Shown in pieces: positions 38,386-48,793 of a DNA stretch of 64,000 bases. The stretch is taken from NCBI GenBank assembly GCA_016187025.1, contig JACPKM010000001.1, forward strand, positions 384,055 to 448,054, given 5' to 3'. The number at the start of each line of letters is the position of its first letter. Within the stretch, counting starts at the first letter, position 1. The position numbers and the translations under genes were made by a program. The DNA comes from Candidatus Daviesbacteria bacterium (GTDB lineage Bacteria; Patescibacteriota; Microgenomatia; Daviesbacterales; UBA10151). The notes beneath the pieces were generated by a model. It made no database searches and was not told the DNA's origin. It was given only the letters and a program-made list of their open reading frames with translations.

Positions 38386-39720
38386 ATGAATGAACCTATA
38401 ACTGAATTTACGTCTAAATTACCCAAACTATCAGATAATCAGAAAAAAGTCTTAAAGCTTTTAATAGAAGCAGCAAGATTAATAGTCCCCCTTTATAAAA
38501 AGCAAGAGAACCATAGATTTGAGGGAGCTAATTTTTATCCACATGATGCTACTCGTGAAGAGATCACTAAAGCCGCAGCAACTAATTTTGAGATTCTATC
38601 TCCTTATTCTGTAGTAGAAAGAAAAGGAAAAGAGCTCATTGCCATTCCGTACCATTTAAAGTATGCAGAATTTTTAGAACCAATTGCTGATAAACTATTA
38701 AAAGCTGCATCCATAACGGACAATAAAGATTTTGCAAAAAGATTAGAATTCCAAGCAAACGCCTTATTAAACGGTACATATGATGAGGCAACCATTTATT
38801 GGATGAAGATGAGACCGTATATTCTGGATATTAATATTGGACCAGTAGAACGATATAACGACAAGCTATTTTTTACTAAAACCTCTTACCAGGCATGGGT
38901 TGGTGTGATGGACGGGGAAAGAACAGCAAGAGTTTTAAACTTCAAAAATATTATCCATACAGCAAGAAGAAAAACCTTGATGCCTTCAGAGAAGGTAGAC
39001 TTCTACGAAAAAGTTCAGATCAGAGTTGATGATTTATTAATATTTTCTGGACTTATTTCAAGAACCATGTTTTTGGGAGTAAACCTACCTAATGATACTA
39101 ACTTAATGGAAAAATATGGATCGGAAATTACCGTATTTAAGCAATCAATAGATTATAGGGTGAAGACTGAGGTGCTACCAGCTTTTAGCAAAGTTTTTTC
39201 TTCTAGTTTTCAGAAGGAGTTTGACTATGAGGATATCAGGTGGGGAACACTGTACTTTACTATCTTACATGAGCTTGGACATACATACTTGCGTTATAGA
39301 AACTCAGAAAGGAATTTAGAAGATCTATTCCCTATCATTGATGAACTATCTGCCTATGTTTTAGGTATGAAACTGGCAGGCTTTTTGCTCCTGAAAGATG
39401 TTTTAACTCAAAAACAATTAGAGTCTATCATGGTAGCATTTACTTCAAGGTGTTTTGAGTTGGTTCTAAACGAGAGCAATAACAAGTCCAAAATTCACTA
39501 TACCATCGGCGGTGCGATCTTTGTTAACTTTTTGTTTGAAACCGAAGCTATCAGAGAAAAAGAAGGAATCTCATGGCCAAATTTTACTAAAATGTTTGTT
39601 TCTTTAGACCAACTGGCAACTATTTTAGAAAGAATACTTTCTCAGGGGAGGCGTGAGGATGCAGAGGCTTTCATTAAAAAATACGGAGATATGAAAGTGC
39701 TTCAAAGGTTTAATATTTGA
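38386..39720 (+). CDS. Zincin metallopeptidase, M49/DPP-III/NUDT3-C-terminal-like
   Basis: GANFYP.D.T.EE, SPYSVV, IPY, IGPVE.Y.D, NLPND, LHELGH...DE. Confidence 0.7.
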   Translation: MNEPITEFTSKLPKLSDNQKKVLKLLIEAARLIVPLYKKQENHRFEGANFYPHDATREEITKAAATNFEILSPYSVVERKGKELIAIPYHLKYAEFLEPIADKLLKAASITDNKDFAKRLEFQANALLNGTYDEATIYWMKMRPYILDINIGPVERYNDKLFFTKTSYQAWVGVMDGERTARVLNFKNIIHTARRKTLMPSEKVDFYEKVQIRVDDLLIFSGLISRTMFLGVNLPNDTNLMEKYGSEITVFKQSIDYRVKTEVLPAFSKVFSSSFQKEFDYEDIRWGTLYFTILHELGHTYLRYRNSERNLEDLFPIIDELSAYVLGMKLAGFLLLKDVLTQKQLESIMVAFTSRCFELVLNESNNKSKIHYTIGGAIFVNFLFETEAIREKEGISWPNFTKMFVSLDQLATILERILSQGRREDAEAFIKKYGDMKVLQRFNI

Positions 39721-39745
39721 CCTTGTTGCAAGCTTCCTGTAAAAT
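39717..39745 (+). promoter_or_regulatory. Promoter of the orphan at 39760; the -35 overlaps the upstream stop codon
   Basis: TTGACC-17 nt-TAAAAT. Confidence 0.7.
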
Positions 39746-39759
39746 AACACCCCATTAAC

Positions 39760-41133
39760 ATGGCGACACCAGCAGAAAGATTTAGAACAGGAAATTATGA
39801 ATTAGGAACTCGTTTAGTTGGAGTTTATAGGGCTCTTGATAGAATAAGAGTAGCTAAAGGAGAAGTAGGTCATATAGACTTTGATTTAGCCCCAGTAAGA
39901 TATGTCACACTACCTGATGGTGTTATAAAAACAGAGGAACAAGCTGAAGGGCTACTTGCACATTATGCCTTACAAGCTGATCCGAGAACACCGGATGGAG
40001 CTTTTATGCGGGCAAGCGTTAAAGCTACACTCGCATTTTTAAGGGTTGCAAGAGGAGAACCGGTTGGTTATGCAGAATATATCAGGGAGACGTTGGAAAC
40101 GCATCCTAATCAGCCTTTTCGCAGAAGAATTGAGGATAAATATAATCTTGTAGCTGATTTAGCGAGAGAATGTGGTTTTACATATGATCCAGATGGTTGG
40201 AGCAGATATTTGCAAGACGCTGCTGTTCGTCCGGATACAGTTAAACTCGAATTTCGGAAAGCGCGACAAAGAGTTATACCCGTTCTCCTTGAGGAATTAG
40301 GATTAGATTTTAACCCCCAATACCGCACAGAAGTAAAACCGGTCGATGAACCTTGGATGTTTTGGACGAAGGTTGATAGAAGAGCAGGAGTAGTACTAAC
40401 AGTTAACACCCACAGTAGGCATGAATCACAGCTTTATCAAGCTAAGTTTCCACCCCTTTTAGCTCACGAATTAGGTGCTCATGGATTCCAGGGACTACAA
40501 ATTAGAGAGGGTGTGGATAAGGGAGGACTGAATCCCTTCTATGCTATAAGTAAAGTGCCAGGGCCAGAACAATTTGGAAACGAAGGATTGGCGATTGTTA
40601 TGTGTAATCTGTTACCCGCAGTTTACGAAGCTTTAGGGCCGGAGGGGCGAATGGAAGCTGAGCGTTATAAACTGGCAACGTGGGCATATCAGGTTGTTGC
40701 CAATGAAGCTGCTCAAGCAGGAGAAGTTAAACCTGAGCATTGGCAGTTTATACAACATTTTGTGCCAAGCGAACAACAGGACAGGTTCGAGAGGCAGATG
40801 AGAGAAAGATTAGAAGATCCAGTTTATCGCTCTTACCATCCCGCCTACAGTTTAGGTAGCCTTTTACTAGATATTGCTGCGGAAGTTTTACCTATTCCTG
40901 CCAGAAAAGAATTGGTTCAAGCGCTACTTGAAACGTATTTAACTCCGACACAAATTCGTAGAAAAATTGAGGAATTAAAAAGTAAGTATATTCCACATGG
41001 TGATCAAGAGCAGGTGGTTCATGAGATATCTGAGTTAGACGAAGGCCAGCCAGGATTTGATTTAAGAAACTGGCTCGCAGGGCTTTTAAGAGGAAAGTTT
41101 AGTGTTTTTAGTAGATCCTCAATTGCACACTAG
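39760..41133 (+). CDS. Hypothetical gluzincin-like protein (DUF1704/MATCAP- or DUF885-like)
   Basis: AHELGAH (HExxxH) followed by NEGLA and a later Y..G. Confidence 0.55.
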   Translation: MATPAERFRTGNYELGTRLVGVYRALDRIRVAKGEVGHIDFDLAPVRYVTLPDGVIKTEEQAEGLLAHYALQADPRTPDGAFMRASVKATLAFLRVARGEPVGYAEYIRETLETHPNQPFRRRIEDKYNLVADLARECGFTYDPDGWSRYLQDAAVRPDTVKLEFRKARQRVIPVLLEELGLDFNPQYRTEVKPVDEPWMFWTKVDRRAGVVLTVNTHSRHESQLYQAKFPPLLAHELGAHGFQGLQIREGVDKGGLNPFYAISKVPGPEQFGNEGLAIVMCNLLPAVYEALGPEGRMEAERYKLATWAYQVVANEAAQAGEVKPEHWQFIQHFVPSEQQDRFERQMRERLEDPVYRSYHPAYSLGSLLLDIAAEVLPIPARKELVQALLETYLTPTQIRRKIEELKSKYIPHGDQEQVVHEISELDEGQPGFDLRNWLAGLLRGKFSVFSRSSIAH

Positions 41134-41173
41134 CTCTCTTTTAAAATCAATTTGCTTCGGATATACTTTACCC

Positions 41174-42676
41174 ATGGCGCTAGACCAACTACAAAAAGAA
41201 AGAATCAAAAAACTCAATAATTTAAAGAGGTTGGGAATTAATCCCTATCCAGCAAAATCTAGTAAAAAACAATCTATTGCTCAAGTATTAAAATTAATGG
41301 GTAAAAAAGTGACTGTAGCTGGAAGATTGAGATCAATGCGTCCTCACGGCAAAATAGCTTTTGCAGATTTGGAAGATGCTTCCGGAAAAATACAGCTGCT
41401 TCTTAGGCAAAATAATGTTGGAGATGCTTATGAGCTGCTGCCTAATCTAGATATAGGCGATTTTATAGAAACCTTAGGCGAGGTTATCAAAACCCAAGCC
41501 GGGGAAACAACAATAGATGTAACAGATTTTAAGGTTTTAACAAAGTCACTCCGACCTCTTCCTTCTTCCTGGTATGGCCTAAAGGATGTTGAAGAAAGAT
41601 ATAGAAGAAGGTATGTGGATATGGTCATGAATCCTGAGGTAAAAAAGATTATGGAACTGCGCTCAAAAATCATTTTTTCATTAAGGGATTTTTTAATTAA
41701 TAAAAAGGGTTACTATGAGGTTGAAAATCCAGTTCTGCAACCACTTTACGGTGGAACAAGAGCAAGGCCATTTAAAACCCATCACAACAGTTTAGATATG
41801 TCTTTGTTTTTGCGGATTTCCAATGAGCTTTATTTAAAAAGATTGATAGTGGGAGGATTTGAAAAAGTTTTTGAAATTGGACATACCTTTAGAAATGAAG
41901 GAATGGATAGAAATCATAACCCAGAATTTACCATGCTTGAGACAATGGAGGCATATGCCGATTATATCGATAATATGGATCTGGTTGAGGAGATGTTTGA
42001 ATATGTTGTCAAAACTGTTTTTGGAAAGACAAAGCTAGCCTATCAAGGAAAAGAAATAGAGTTTAAAAGACCGTGGGTAAGGGTTAAACTTGCCGATCTT
42101 TTTAAAACACATACTGGGGTAAATTTTGATGAAATAGACACTTTGGAAAAAGCTACTACTTTGGCCAAAAAGCTTGGAGTAGAGATTAAAGATTTTATGA
42201 CAGATGGTGAAATCTTGCTGGAGATTTTTGAGAAAAAATGCACAGATCAGCTTGTTCAGCCAACGTTTGTTTACGATTATCCAGCAGATTTTTATCCGCT
42301 GGCCAAAAGAAAAGCAAATAATCAAAAATTTGTTGAAAGCTTTGATATTTATGTAGCCGGTATGGAAATGGGGACAAATTATTCAGAACAGAATGATCCC
42401 CAGGAGTTAAAAAAAGCTTGGGAAGATGAAAAGAAAAAGTTAAAAAAAGGAAATCCAGAAGCCCAAAAAACCGATGATGACTTTTTAACTGCACTTGAGT
42501 ATGGAATGCCGCCTACATCTGGAATAGGGCCTGGTCTTGATAGGTGGGTGATGGTGATGACTGATTCTCCCTCTATTGCAGATGTTATTCCATTCCCGAT
42601 GCTACGACCTGAGAAAAAGATTAAGCTTAAGGAGCAAGTTAAGGTGGGAGAGAAAACAAAAGCGGAGATTAAATGA
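41174..42676 (+). CDS. lysS: Lysine--tRNA ligase, class II
   Basis: OB-fold, RYRRRY.D, LRIS.ELYLKRL.VGG, FRNEG...HNPEFT, LEYGMPP. Confidence 0.96.
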   Translation: MALDQLQKERIKKLNNLKRLGINPYPAKSSKKQSIAQVLKLMGKKVTVAGRLRSMRPHGKIAFADLEDASGKIQLLLRQNNVGDAYELLPNLDIGDFIETLGEVIKTQAGETTIDVTDFKVLTKSLRPLPSSWYGLKDVEERYRRRYVDMVMNPEVKKIMELRSKIIFSLRDFLINKKGYYEVENPVLQPLYGGTRARPFKTHHNSLDMSLFLRISNELYLKRLIVGGFEKVFEIGHTFRNEGMDRNHNPEFTMLETMEAYADYIDNMDLVEEMFEYVVKTVFGKTKLAYQGKEIEFKRPWVRVKLADLFKTHTGVNFDEIDTLEKATTLAKKLGVEIKDFMTDGEILLEIFEKKCTDQLVQPTFVYDYPADFYPLAKRKANNQKFVESFDIYVAGMEMGTNYSEQNDPQELKKAWEDEKKKLKKGNPEAQKTDDDFLTALEYGMPPTSGIGPGLDRWVMVMTDSPSIADVIPFPMLRPEKKIKLKEQVKVGEKTKAEIK

Positions 42677-42789
42677 CGACAAGAGAACAGATCTTGGCTT
42701 GTGAAAGAGAGCTAAATATCCCGCTAACAAAGTTTGTAGAAATTTCCTTAGAAGCTATGCAAAAAGTATCCAGCCAGTTAGGATTGTAG
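42673..42789 (+). pseudogene. 38-aa ORF resembling only the C-terminal helices of HD/HDIG-family hydrolases (probable remnant)
   Basis: MTTREQILACERELNIPLTKFVEISLEAMQKVSSQLGL; ATGA overlap with the lysS stop. Confidence 0.55.
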
Positions 42790-42804
42790 TATATAATTAC
42801 TATT

Positions 42805-44082
42805 ATGTTGGACATTAACTTTATTCGAGAAAATACTGAGGCTGTTAAAAATGCCGTAAAAGAGAAAGGTTTAGACATTGATGTCAATGAGCTTTTAAAA
42901 GTTGATGGCAAGAGAAGAGATTTAATAATTAAAGTTGATGAGCTAAGACGCCAAAGGAATGAGATTGCTCAAAAAAGAGATATAGAAAAAGGTAGACAAA
43001 TAAAAGAAAAGCTGGATGTTTTAGAAAAAGAGCTGAAGGTTGTTGAAGATAGATTTCACCATCTAATGCTTTATGTTCCAAATATCCCTTCCCCTGATTC
43101 TCCGGTAGGACCTGATTCATCATCGAATAAAGAAATTTATAAATGGGGTAAGATTCCACAATTTGATTTTGAAGCAAAAGATCACATTGAACTTGGAAAA
43201 AGTTTAGATATTTTAGATTTGGAGCAGGGAGTTAAAGTATCAGGGTTCAGAGGATATTATTTCAAAAATGAGGGAGCAATACTTCACTGGGTTTTACTAC
43301 AATATGCTTTTGAGAAAATAATAGCAGCCGGATTTATTCCTCTTGTTCCCCCGTCTTTGGTTCATGAAAAAGTGTTGATAGGCAGTGGTCATTTTCCTTT
43401 TGGAAAGGAAAATATTTATCAAATAGCAAATCCTGGAAAGCTAGAAACTGGGGAGGATATTAAAAATCCAATGTATCTAAATGGTACCTCAGAGCCTTCC
43501 CTTCTTTCCTACTTTATGGATAAAGTCATTTCAGAAGAGGATTTGCCGGTTAAAATTTGTGCTCTAACGCATTGCTACAGATCAGAAATTGGCGATTATG
43601 GAAAAGACACTAGAGGACTTTTTAGAGTGCACGAGTTTGATAAAGTAGAGCAAGTTATAATTTGTAAAGATTCATTAGATGAGTCAGAGCAGCTTTTTGA
43701 GCAAATGCAGCAGATTTCTGAGTCAATACTGCAGGATTTGGAAATTCCATATCATGTGGTAGCGACCTCCACTGGTGATATGGGGGCTGGTAAATATAGA
43801 ATGAATGATATTGAAGCTTGGATGCCAGGCCGGGGCAAATATGGGGAAACGCATTCGAATTCAAATTTAACTGATTGGCAAGCAAGAAGATTAAATATTA
43901 AGTTTAAAACAAAAGAGGGAGCAGGAAAGTTTGCCTATACTTTAAACAACACTGTACTTGCATCTCCAAGAATTTTAATTCCTCTTTTAGAAAACCATCA
44001 ACAAAAAAATGGTTCTGTGAAAGTTCCAGAAGTTTTACAAAGATATACAAAATTTAGTGAAATTAGCCCCAAAAAAAGTTAA
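42805..44082 (+). CDS. serS: Serine--tRNA ligase
   Basis: MLDI..IR, GTSE, YRSE.G..G.DTRG.FRVHEF.KVE, TDWQARRL, LNNT. Confidence 0.96.
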   Translation: MLDINFIRENTEAVKNAVKEKGLDIDVNELLKVDGKRRDLIIKVDELRRQRNEIAQKRDIEKGRQIKEKLDVLEKELKVVEDRFHHLMLYVPNIPSPDSPVGPDSSSNKEIYKWGKIPQFDFEAKDHIELGKSLDILDLEQGVKVSGFRGYYFKNEGAILHWVLLQYAFEKIIAAGFIPLVPPSLVHEKVLIGSGHFPFGKENIYQIANPGKLETGEDIKNPMYLNGTSEPSLLSYFMDKVISEEDLPVKICALTHCYRSEIGDYGKDTRGLFRVHEFDKVEQVIICKDSLDESEQLFEQMQQISESILQDLEIPYHVVATSTGDMGAGKYRMNDIEAWMPGRGKYGETHSNSNLTDWQARRLNIKFKTKEGAGKFAYTLNNTVLASPRILIPLLENHQQKNGSVKVPEVLQRYTKFSEISPKKS

Positions 44083-44101
44083 CTGAAATAACCCTTCTTA
44101 C

Positions 44102-45094
44102 TTATTGTCCTTGTTGACGCTGCCTTAGAAGCTCAGCTGCTGATGTGGCTGCTGGAGCGGGAGATTGAGTTGAATCTTCCATCTGCCCAAAGTTAGCAGA
44201 GCCTGTTGCCATCTCCTCAGATTGTGGGGCAGGAGTAGAGGCTGGGGGAGGGGGTTTTATTTGTTGAGCTGTATTTTCTGTTGTAGCAGGAAGGCTGGTG
44301 GTTCCTTCTTTAGGTTGTCCAACCCCTAGAATAAAATATGCGGAAGCTGCAGAAACAGCCAGGAGTAACCCCGCGCCTAATCCTAGAATCCACTTGGGTA
44401 CTCCTTTGCTAGGATTTGGTGGTGTAGTTGTTGATGTTTCAGGAACTGTATTTGCGTTTTGAGTTGTCAAGGTTTCTGCTTGGGTGTTTGCAGGTAAGGA
44501 AGTGTTGGTAAAGTCGGTGGTATCTGTTATTAAATGAGACAAATCAGTTGGAGCCTGTTCAATACTGGCTTGAGGCGGTTGAGGATTGTATGTATTCTGT
44601 GTGCTAGGAATTCCTTCCCATGAAGGTGAAATAGTTGTGTCGGTAGTTGGAATTATTCCTTCTTGTGGTGCTGGATTTGTTATAGGATCAGCAGGTACTG
44701 GTTGGGCAGGAAGAGGTTCGGGTATATTAAAAGATGGTGGTAGGCTTTCAGTTGGTGTAACTGGTTGAGTAGGATAAGGATTTGACTGAGGGTTTAAAAA
44801 AGAATTTGGATCTGTTGGGGGGATTGCATCAGATGACAAAGGATTGCCTAAAGGTTGTGGAGCAGTTACAGATGGAGCCATTGGTGGGTTAGGAGCAGGT
44901 GTTAAATCTTGCGGAGAACTAGTGAAACTACTCGTTTGCTGATCAAACGGGGTAGCAGGAGGTGTAGGATTTTGAGGTAGATTTTGGTTTTGTGCAAAGC
45001 TTAATTCAGGATCCTGAGGTGGTTGATTGCCAGCAACAGGAGTTGGAGGGGTATTTAAATTATCAGTATTTGAGCTGTTTGAGTTGTTATCCAT
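44102..45094 (-). CDS. Low-complexity Pro/Thr/Gln/Asn-rich single-pass membrane protein
   Basis: About 230-aa disordered N-terminus, one TM (WILGLGAGLLLAVSAASAYFILGV), disordered tail. Confidence 0.75.
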   Translation of the reverse strand: MDNNSNSSNTDNLNTPPTPVAGNQPPQDPELSFAQNQNLPQNPTPPATPFDQQTSSFTSSPQDLTPAPNPPMAPSVTAPQPLGNPLSSDAIPPTDPNSFLNPQSNPYPTQPVTPTESLPPSFNIPEPLPAQPVPADPITNPAPQEGIIPTTDTTISPSWEGIPSTQNTYNPQPPQASIEQAPTDLSHLITDTTDFTNTSLPANTQAETLTTQNANTVPETSTTTPPNPSKGVPKWILGLGAGLLLAVSAASAYFILGVGQPKEGTTSLPATTENTAQQIKPPPPASTPAPQSEEMATGSANFGQMEDSTQSPAPAATSAAELLRQRQQGQ

Positions 45095-45196
45095 TGGACA
45101 GTTATTAAGTAATCTAAGTTTAAATTAAATCAGTTTAGGTTGTCAATTGTTATCAATGGCAGAAAACTCAGGGCTGCAGTATAATGAACAATTAAA

Positions 45197-47839
45197 ATGT
45201 TAAATATTTTTAGTAAATTTTTAGACTCCAATGAAAGAGAAATAAAAAAGTTGGGAACTGTTGTTGAATCGGTTAATCAACTAGAGAAAAAATATGCTAA
45301 ATTAACTGATAAACAGCTTCAAAGCAAATCTGCAGAGTTTAAATCACAATACCAAAAAGGAAAAACTTTAGAAGATTTGCTGCCGGATGCTTTCGCTGCA
45401 GTTAGAGAAGCTGCCAGTAGAAAGCTTAAAATGCGCCACTTTGATGTGCAACTGGTTGCAGCTACTGCTCTACATCAGGGAAAAATTGCAGAGCAAAAAA
45501 CAGGCGAAGGAAAAACACTTTCAGCAACACCGGCACTATTTTTGAATGCTATTGCAGGAAATGGTGTGCATCTGGTAACTGTTAATGACTACCTTGCAAG
45601 ACGAGATTGTGGTTGGATGGGACCTATATTTCATGCTTTAGGAGCAACTTGTGCCACTATAGTCCATGATGCAGCTTTTATTTATGACCCAAAATATAAA
45701 GATACCACTCATGAAGATAAGAGGCTGCAGTATCTCAGGCCAATTTCAAGAAAAGAAGCTTATCAGGCAGATGTAACCTATGGAACAAATAATGAATTTG
45801 GGTTTGACTATCTACGTGATAACATGGCGTTTAGGTTATCTGATCAAGCTCAAAGAGGTCACTACTATGCAGTAGTTGATGAGGTAGATTCAATATTAAT
45901 CGATGAGGCCAGAACCCCTTTAATAATCTCGGCACCTGCACAGGAAGCAACCGAAAAATATTATGAATTTGCCAAACTCATTAAAAATCTTTCATCCTCT
46001 ACAGATTATGTAGTAGACGAAAAATCTAAAACAGTTCATCTTACAGAGCATGGAACTATTAAAGTTGAAAAGCTGCTAGGAGTTGATAACTTGTATGAAA
46101 AAGATTTTTCCACCCTACATCATATAGAACAAGGCCTAAAAGCCAGAACTCTTTTTGAAAAAGACCGTGACTATGTTGTAAGAGATAACGAGGTAGTAAT
46201 TGTAGATGAGTTTACCGGAAGGCTAATGGAAGGCCGCAGGTACTCGGAGGGATTGCATCAAGCAATTGAGGCAAAAGAGAGTGTGCAGATCCAACAAGAA
46301 AGCAAAACTTTAGCAACAATATCTTTCCAAAATTACTTTAGATTGTATGAGAAATTAGCAGGTATGACTGGTACTGCAGCAACTGAAGCAGAAGAGTTTC
46401 ACAAAATCTATAAACTAGACGTGGTAGTTATTCCTACCCATAGGTCAATGGTAAGAGCTGACCATTCAGATACAATCTACAAAACCCAAAAAGCAAAATA
46501 TACTGCTGTAGCAAATTTAGTAGCAGAGCTATATGAAAAGGGTCAGCCTGTTTTGGTGGGTACAACAGCAATTGATAAAAACGAGTTCTTATCAGATCTT
46601 TTAAAGCATAAAGGTATTTCTCATGCAGTCTTAAATGCCAAAAACCATGAAAAAGAAGCAGAGATCATCGCTCAGGCTGGACAGAAAGGATCAGTCACTG
46701 TCGCAACCAACATGGCAGGAAGAGGAGTGGATATTATTTTGGGTAAAGGTGTTGATAAACTAAGTGGGCTTTATGTGATAGGTACAGAAAGACATGAGTC
46801 AAGGCGAATTGATAATCAGCTCAGAGGGCGATCCGGAAGACAAGGAGATCCAGGAGAAACCAGATTTTTTGTTTCTTTAGAAGATGATTTAATGAGGATT
46901 TTTGGCGGGGACCAAGTGGCCAAGGTAATGAACTTTCTAAAAATGCCTGAGGATGTACCTATTGAACACGGACTTGTTTCAAAAGCCATAGAGGGTGCTC
47001 AGAAGAAGGTTGAAGGACATAATTTCGATATCAGAAAACATACAGTTGAGTATGACGATGTGATGAACCAGCAGCGTCAAATTATCTACAGGATCAGAAA
47101 GAGGGTTTTGGAAACTGCTGAGAATAAAGATAATAGTTTAAAAAACGAAATTCTAGAAAAAATTACACAAGAGATAAACAATATAGTTTTAATTCATAGT
47201 GAAGAAACGATTAATTTGGATAAGATAATAGAAGGGTTTTCTTCAATTATTCCCCTGGATCCCGAAAGCCTAAAGGGTATTAGAAACAAGGCAGAAGAAA
47301 TCCCTGACACTGAAAAAATTTCTCAGTTTTTATTTGATTTGGCTAAAGGCTTTTATCAACAAAGAGAAAAACAAGTTGGGGAAGAAGTGGCCCGGCAGAT
47401 GGAGGTATTTGTCTATTTAAACACAATTGATACTTTATGGATTGAACATTTGGATACAATGGATGATCTGCGTGCAGGGATTGGTCTGCGGGGATATGCA
47501 CAGCGTGATCCTTTGATAGAGTATAAGAGAGAATCTTTTGATTTGTTTGAAAGGTTAATGACAGAAATAGACTATGAAATTGTCCACAGGATTTATAAAG
47601 TTGGCATACAAAATCAACAACCTCGACCAGTAGCAGTGGTAGAGCAGAAAAGTGCAGTAATAGATAATACCAACATTCCTTATGCTGGAACAAAAGTGAC
47701 TGTTGAGCGGGGAGGACAGGTTGTCTCACAGCAGGTATTGGATGAGGCAGGTAGTATACAACACAATAAAATAGGCAGAAATGATCTATGTTGGTGTGGG
47801 AGTGGCCGTAAATACAAAAAATGCCACTACCCCAACTAA
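45197..47839 (+). CDS. secA: Preprotein translocase ATPase SecA
   Basis: TGEGKT, DEVDSILIDEARTPLIIS, ATNMAGRG, QLRGRSGRQGDPG, SEC-C CWCGSGRKYKKCH. Confidence 0.98.
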   Translation: MLNIFSKFLDSNEREIKKLGTVVESVNQLEKKYAKLTDKQLQSKSAEFKSQYQKGKTLEDLLPDAFAAVREAASRKLKMRHFDVQLVAATALHQGKIAEQKTGEGKTLSATPALFLNAIAGNGVHLVTVNDYLARRDCGWMGPIFHALGATCATIVHDAAFIYDPKYKDTTHEDKRLQYLRPISRKEAYQADVTYGTNNEFGFDYLRDNMAFRLSDQAQRGHYYAVVDEVDSILIDEARTPLIISAPAQEATEKYYEFAKLIKNLSSSTDYVVDEKSKTVHLTEHGTIKVEKLLGVDNLYEKDFSTLHHIEQGLKARTLFEKDRDYVVRDNEVVIVDEFTGRLMEGRRYSEGLHQAIEAKESVQIQQESKTLATISFQNYFRLYEKLAGMTGTAATEAEEFHKIYKLDVVVIPTHRSMVRADHSDTIYKTQKAKYTAVANLVAELYEKGQPVLVGTTAIDKNEFLSDLLKHKGISHAVLNAKNHEKEAEIIAQAGQKGSVTVATNMAGRGVDIILGKGVDKLSGLYVIGTERHESRRIDNQLRGRSGRQGDPGETRFFVSLEDDLMRIFGGDQVAKVMNFLKMPEDVPIEHGLVSKAIEGAQKKVEGHNFDIRKHTVEYDDVMNQQRQIIYRIRKRVLETAENKDNSLKNEILEKITQEINNIVLIHSEETINLDKIIEGFSSIIPLDPESLKGIRNKAEEIPDTEKISQFLFDLAKGFYQQREKQVGEEVARQMEVFVYLNTIDTLWIEHLDTMDDLRAGIGLRGYAQRDPLIEYKRESFDLFERLMTEIDYEIVHRIYKVGIQNQQPRPVAVVEQKSAVIDNTNIPYAGTKVTVERGGQVVSQQVLDEAGSIQHNKIGRNDLCWCGSGRKYKKCHYPN

Positions 47840-47878
47840 AATTGCTTCTTAGAACCTTCTTTGTTATCCTAAGTTGTT

Positions 47879-48793
47879 ATGTATAAGATTTTTATTATAT
47901 TCTTGCTGTCTATAGTTATGCTTGCCCCTGTGGGTGTATATGCGCAGGAAGAGCAATCAATAGACCAAATCCCTCTCGAATCCACTGAGTCCTCAAAAGA
48001 AGCTACTTCTTCAACCTCTGAAAAAGAGAGGTTAGAAAAACTAAAACAGGAAGATATTACCAAGCCAGAAGAAGAAAAGCAGCGGGAGGAATTCTTGGCT
48101 TTATTTTCAAAAAGGCACATTGATAAACTAACGCCTTTAAACTTTATGGGTTATTTGGTGCAATACTCTATAAAAGTTGGAGTGCCTGCGAATACGGTTA
48201 TATTAATTTTATTGGTTCCTTTTTTGGCAACTTTTATAGTTTTTGTCAGGCAAATTATTGGACTACCAAGTTTGGAGATGTTGGTACCAATTGCGCTTTC
48301 TATTACCTTTATATCAACTGGTATTACAGCAGGTGCTATCCTTCTTGCAACAATTTTGCTTGCATCAACTATTGCAAGAATAACTTTAAAAAAGATTAGA
48401 ATTATGCAATTACCTAAGATTGCATTATCAAACTTAGTGGTTGCAATATTTGTTTTTATTTCCTTAACAGTTAGTGCATCTGTAGGAATCCTAACGGTAA
48501 AACAGTTATCAATCTTTCCAGTTTTGCTGCTGATATTACTTAGCGAAAAGACAGTTGCTGTGCAACTTTCCCGTGGTCCTCAAGAGGCTTTTGTAATTAC
48601 CTCTATGACTTTACTGCTAGCAATTATCGGGTTTTTAATACTTTCATCTGAAACAGTCAGAAGCTTTATTTTGCTATATCCAGAGCTAATACTTGCTTTG
48701 GTGCCAATCAATATTATTATGGGAAGATATTTTGGACTTAGGCTTACAGAGTTCTTTCGTTTTTCTACTTTGAGAAAATATGTCAATCAGTAA
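47879..48793 (+). CDS. 7TM protein of the '7TM_transglut' type associated with ATP-grasp ligases
   Basis: LLVP..AT...RQIIGL, FP..L...E, YPEL, GRY.GLRLTE.FRF. Confidence 0.8.
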   Translation: MYKIFIIFLLSIVMLAPVGVYAQEEQSIDQIPLESTESSKEATSSTSEKERLEKLKQEDITKPEEEKQREEFLALFSKRHIDKLTPLNFMGYLVQYSIKVGVPANTVILILLVPFLATFIVFVRQIIGLPSLEMLVPIALSITFISTGITAGAILLATILLASTIARITLKKIRIMQLPKIALSNLVVAIFVFISLTVSASVGILTVKQLSIFPVLLLILLSEKTVAVQLSRGPQEAFVITSMTLLLAIIGFLILSSETVRSFILLYPELILALVPINIIMGRYFGLRLTEFFRFSTLRKYVNQ

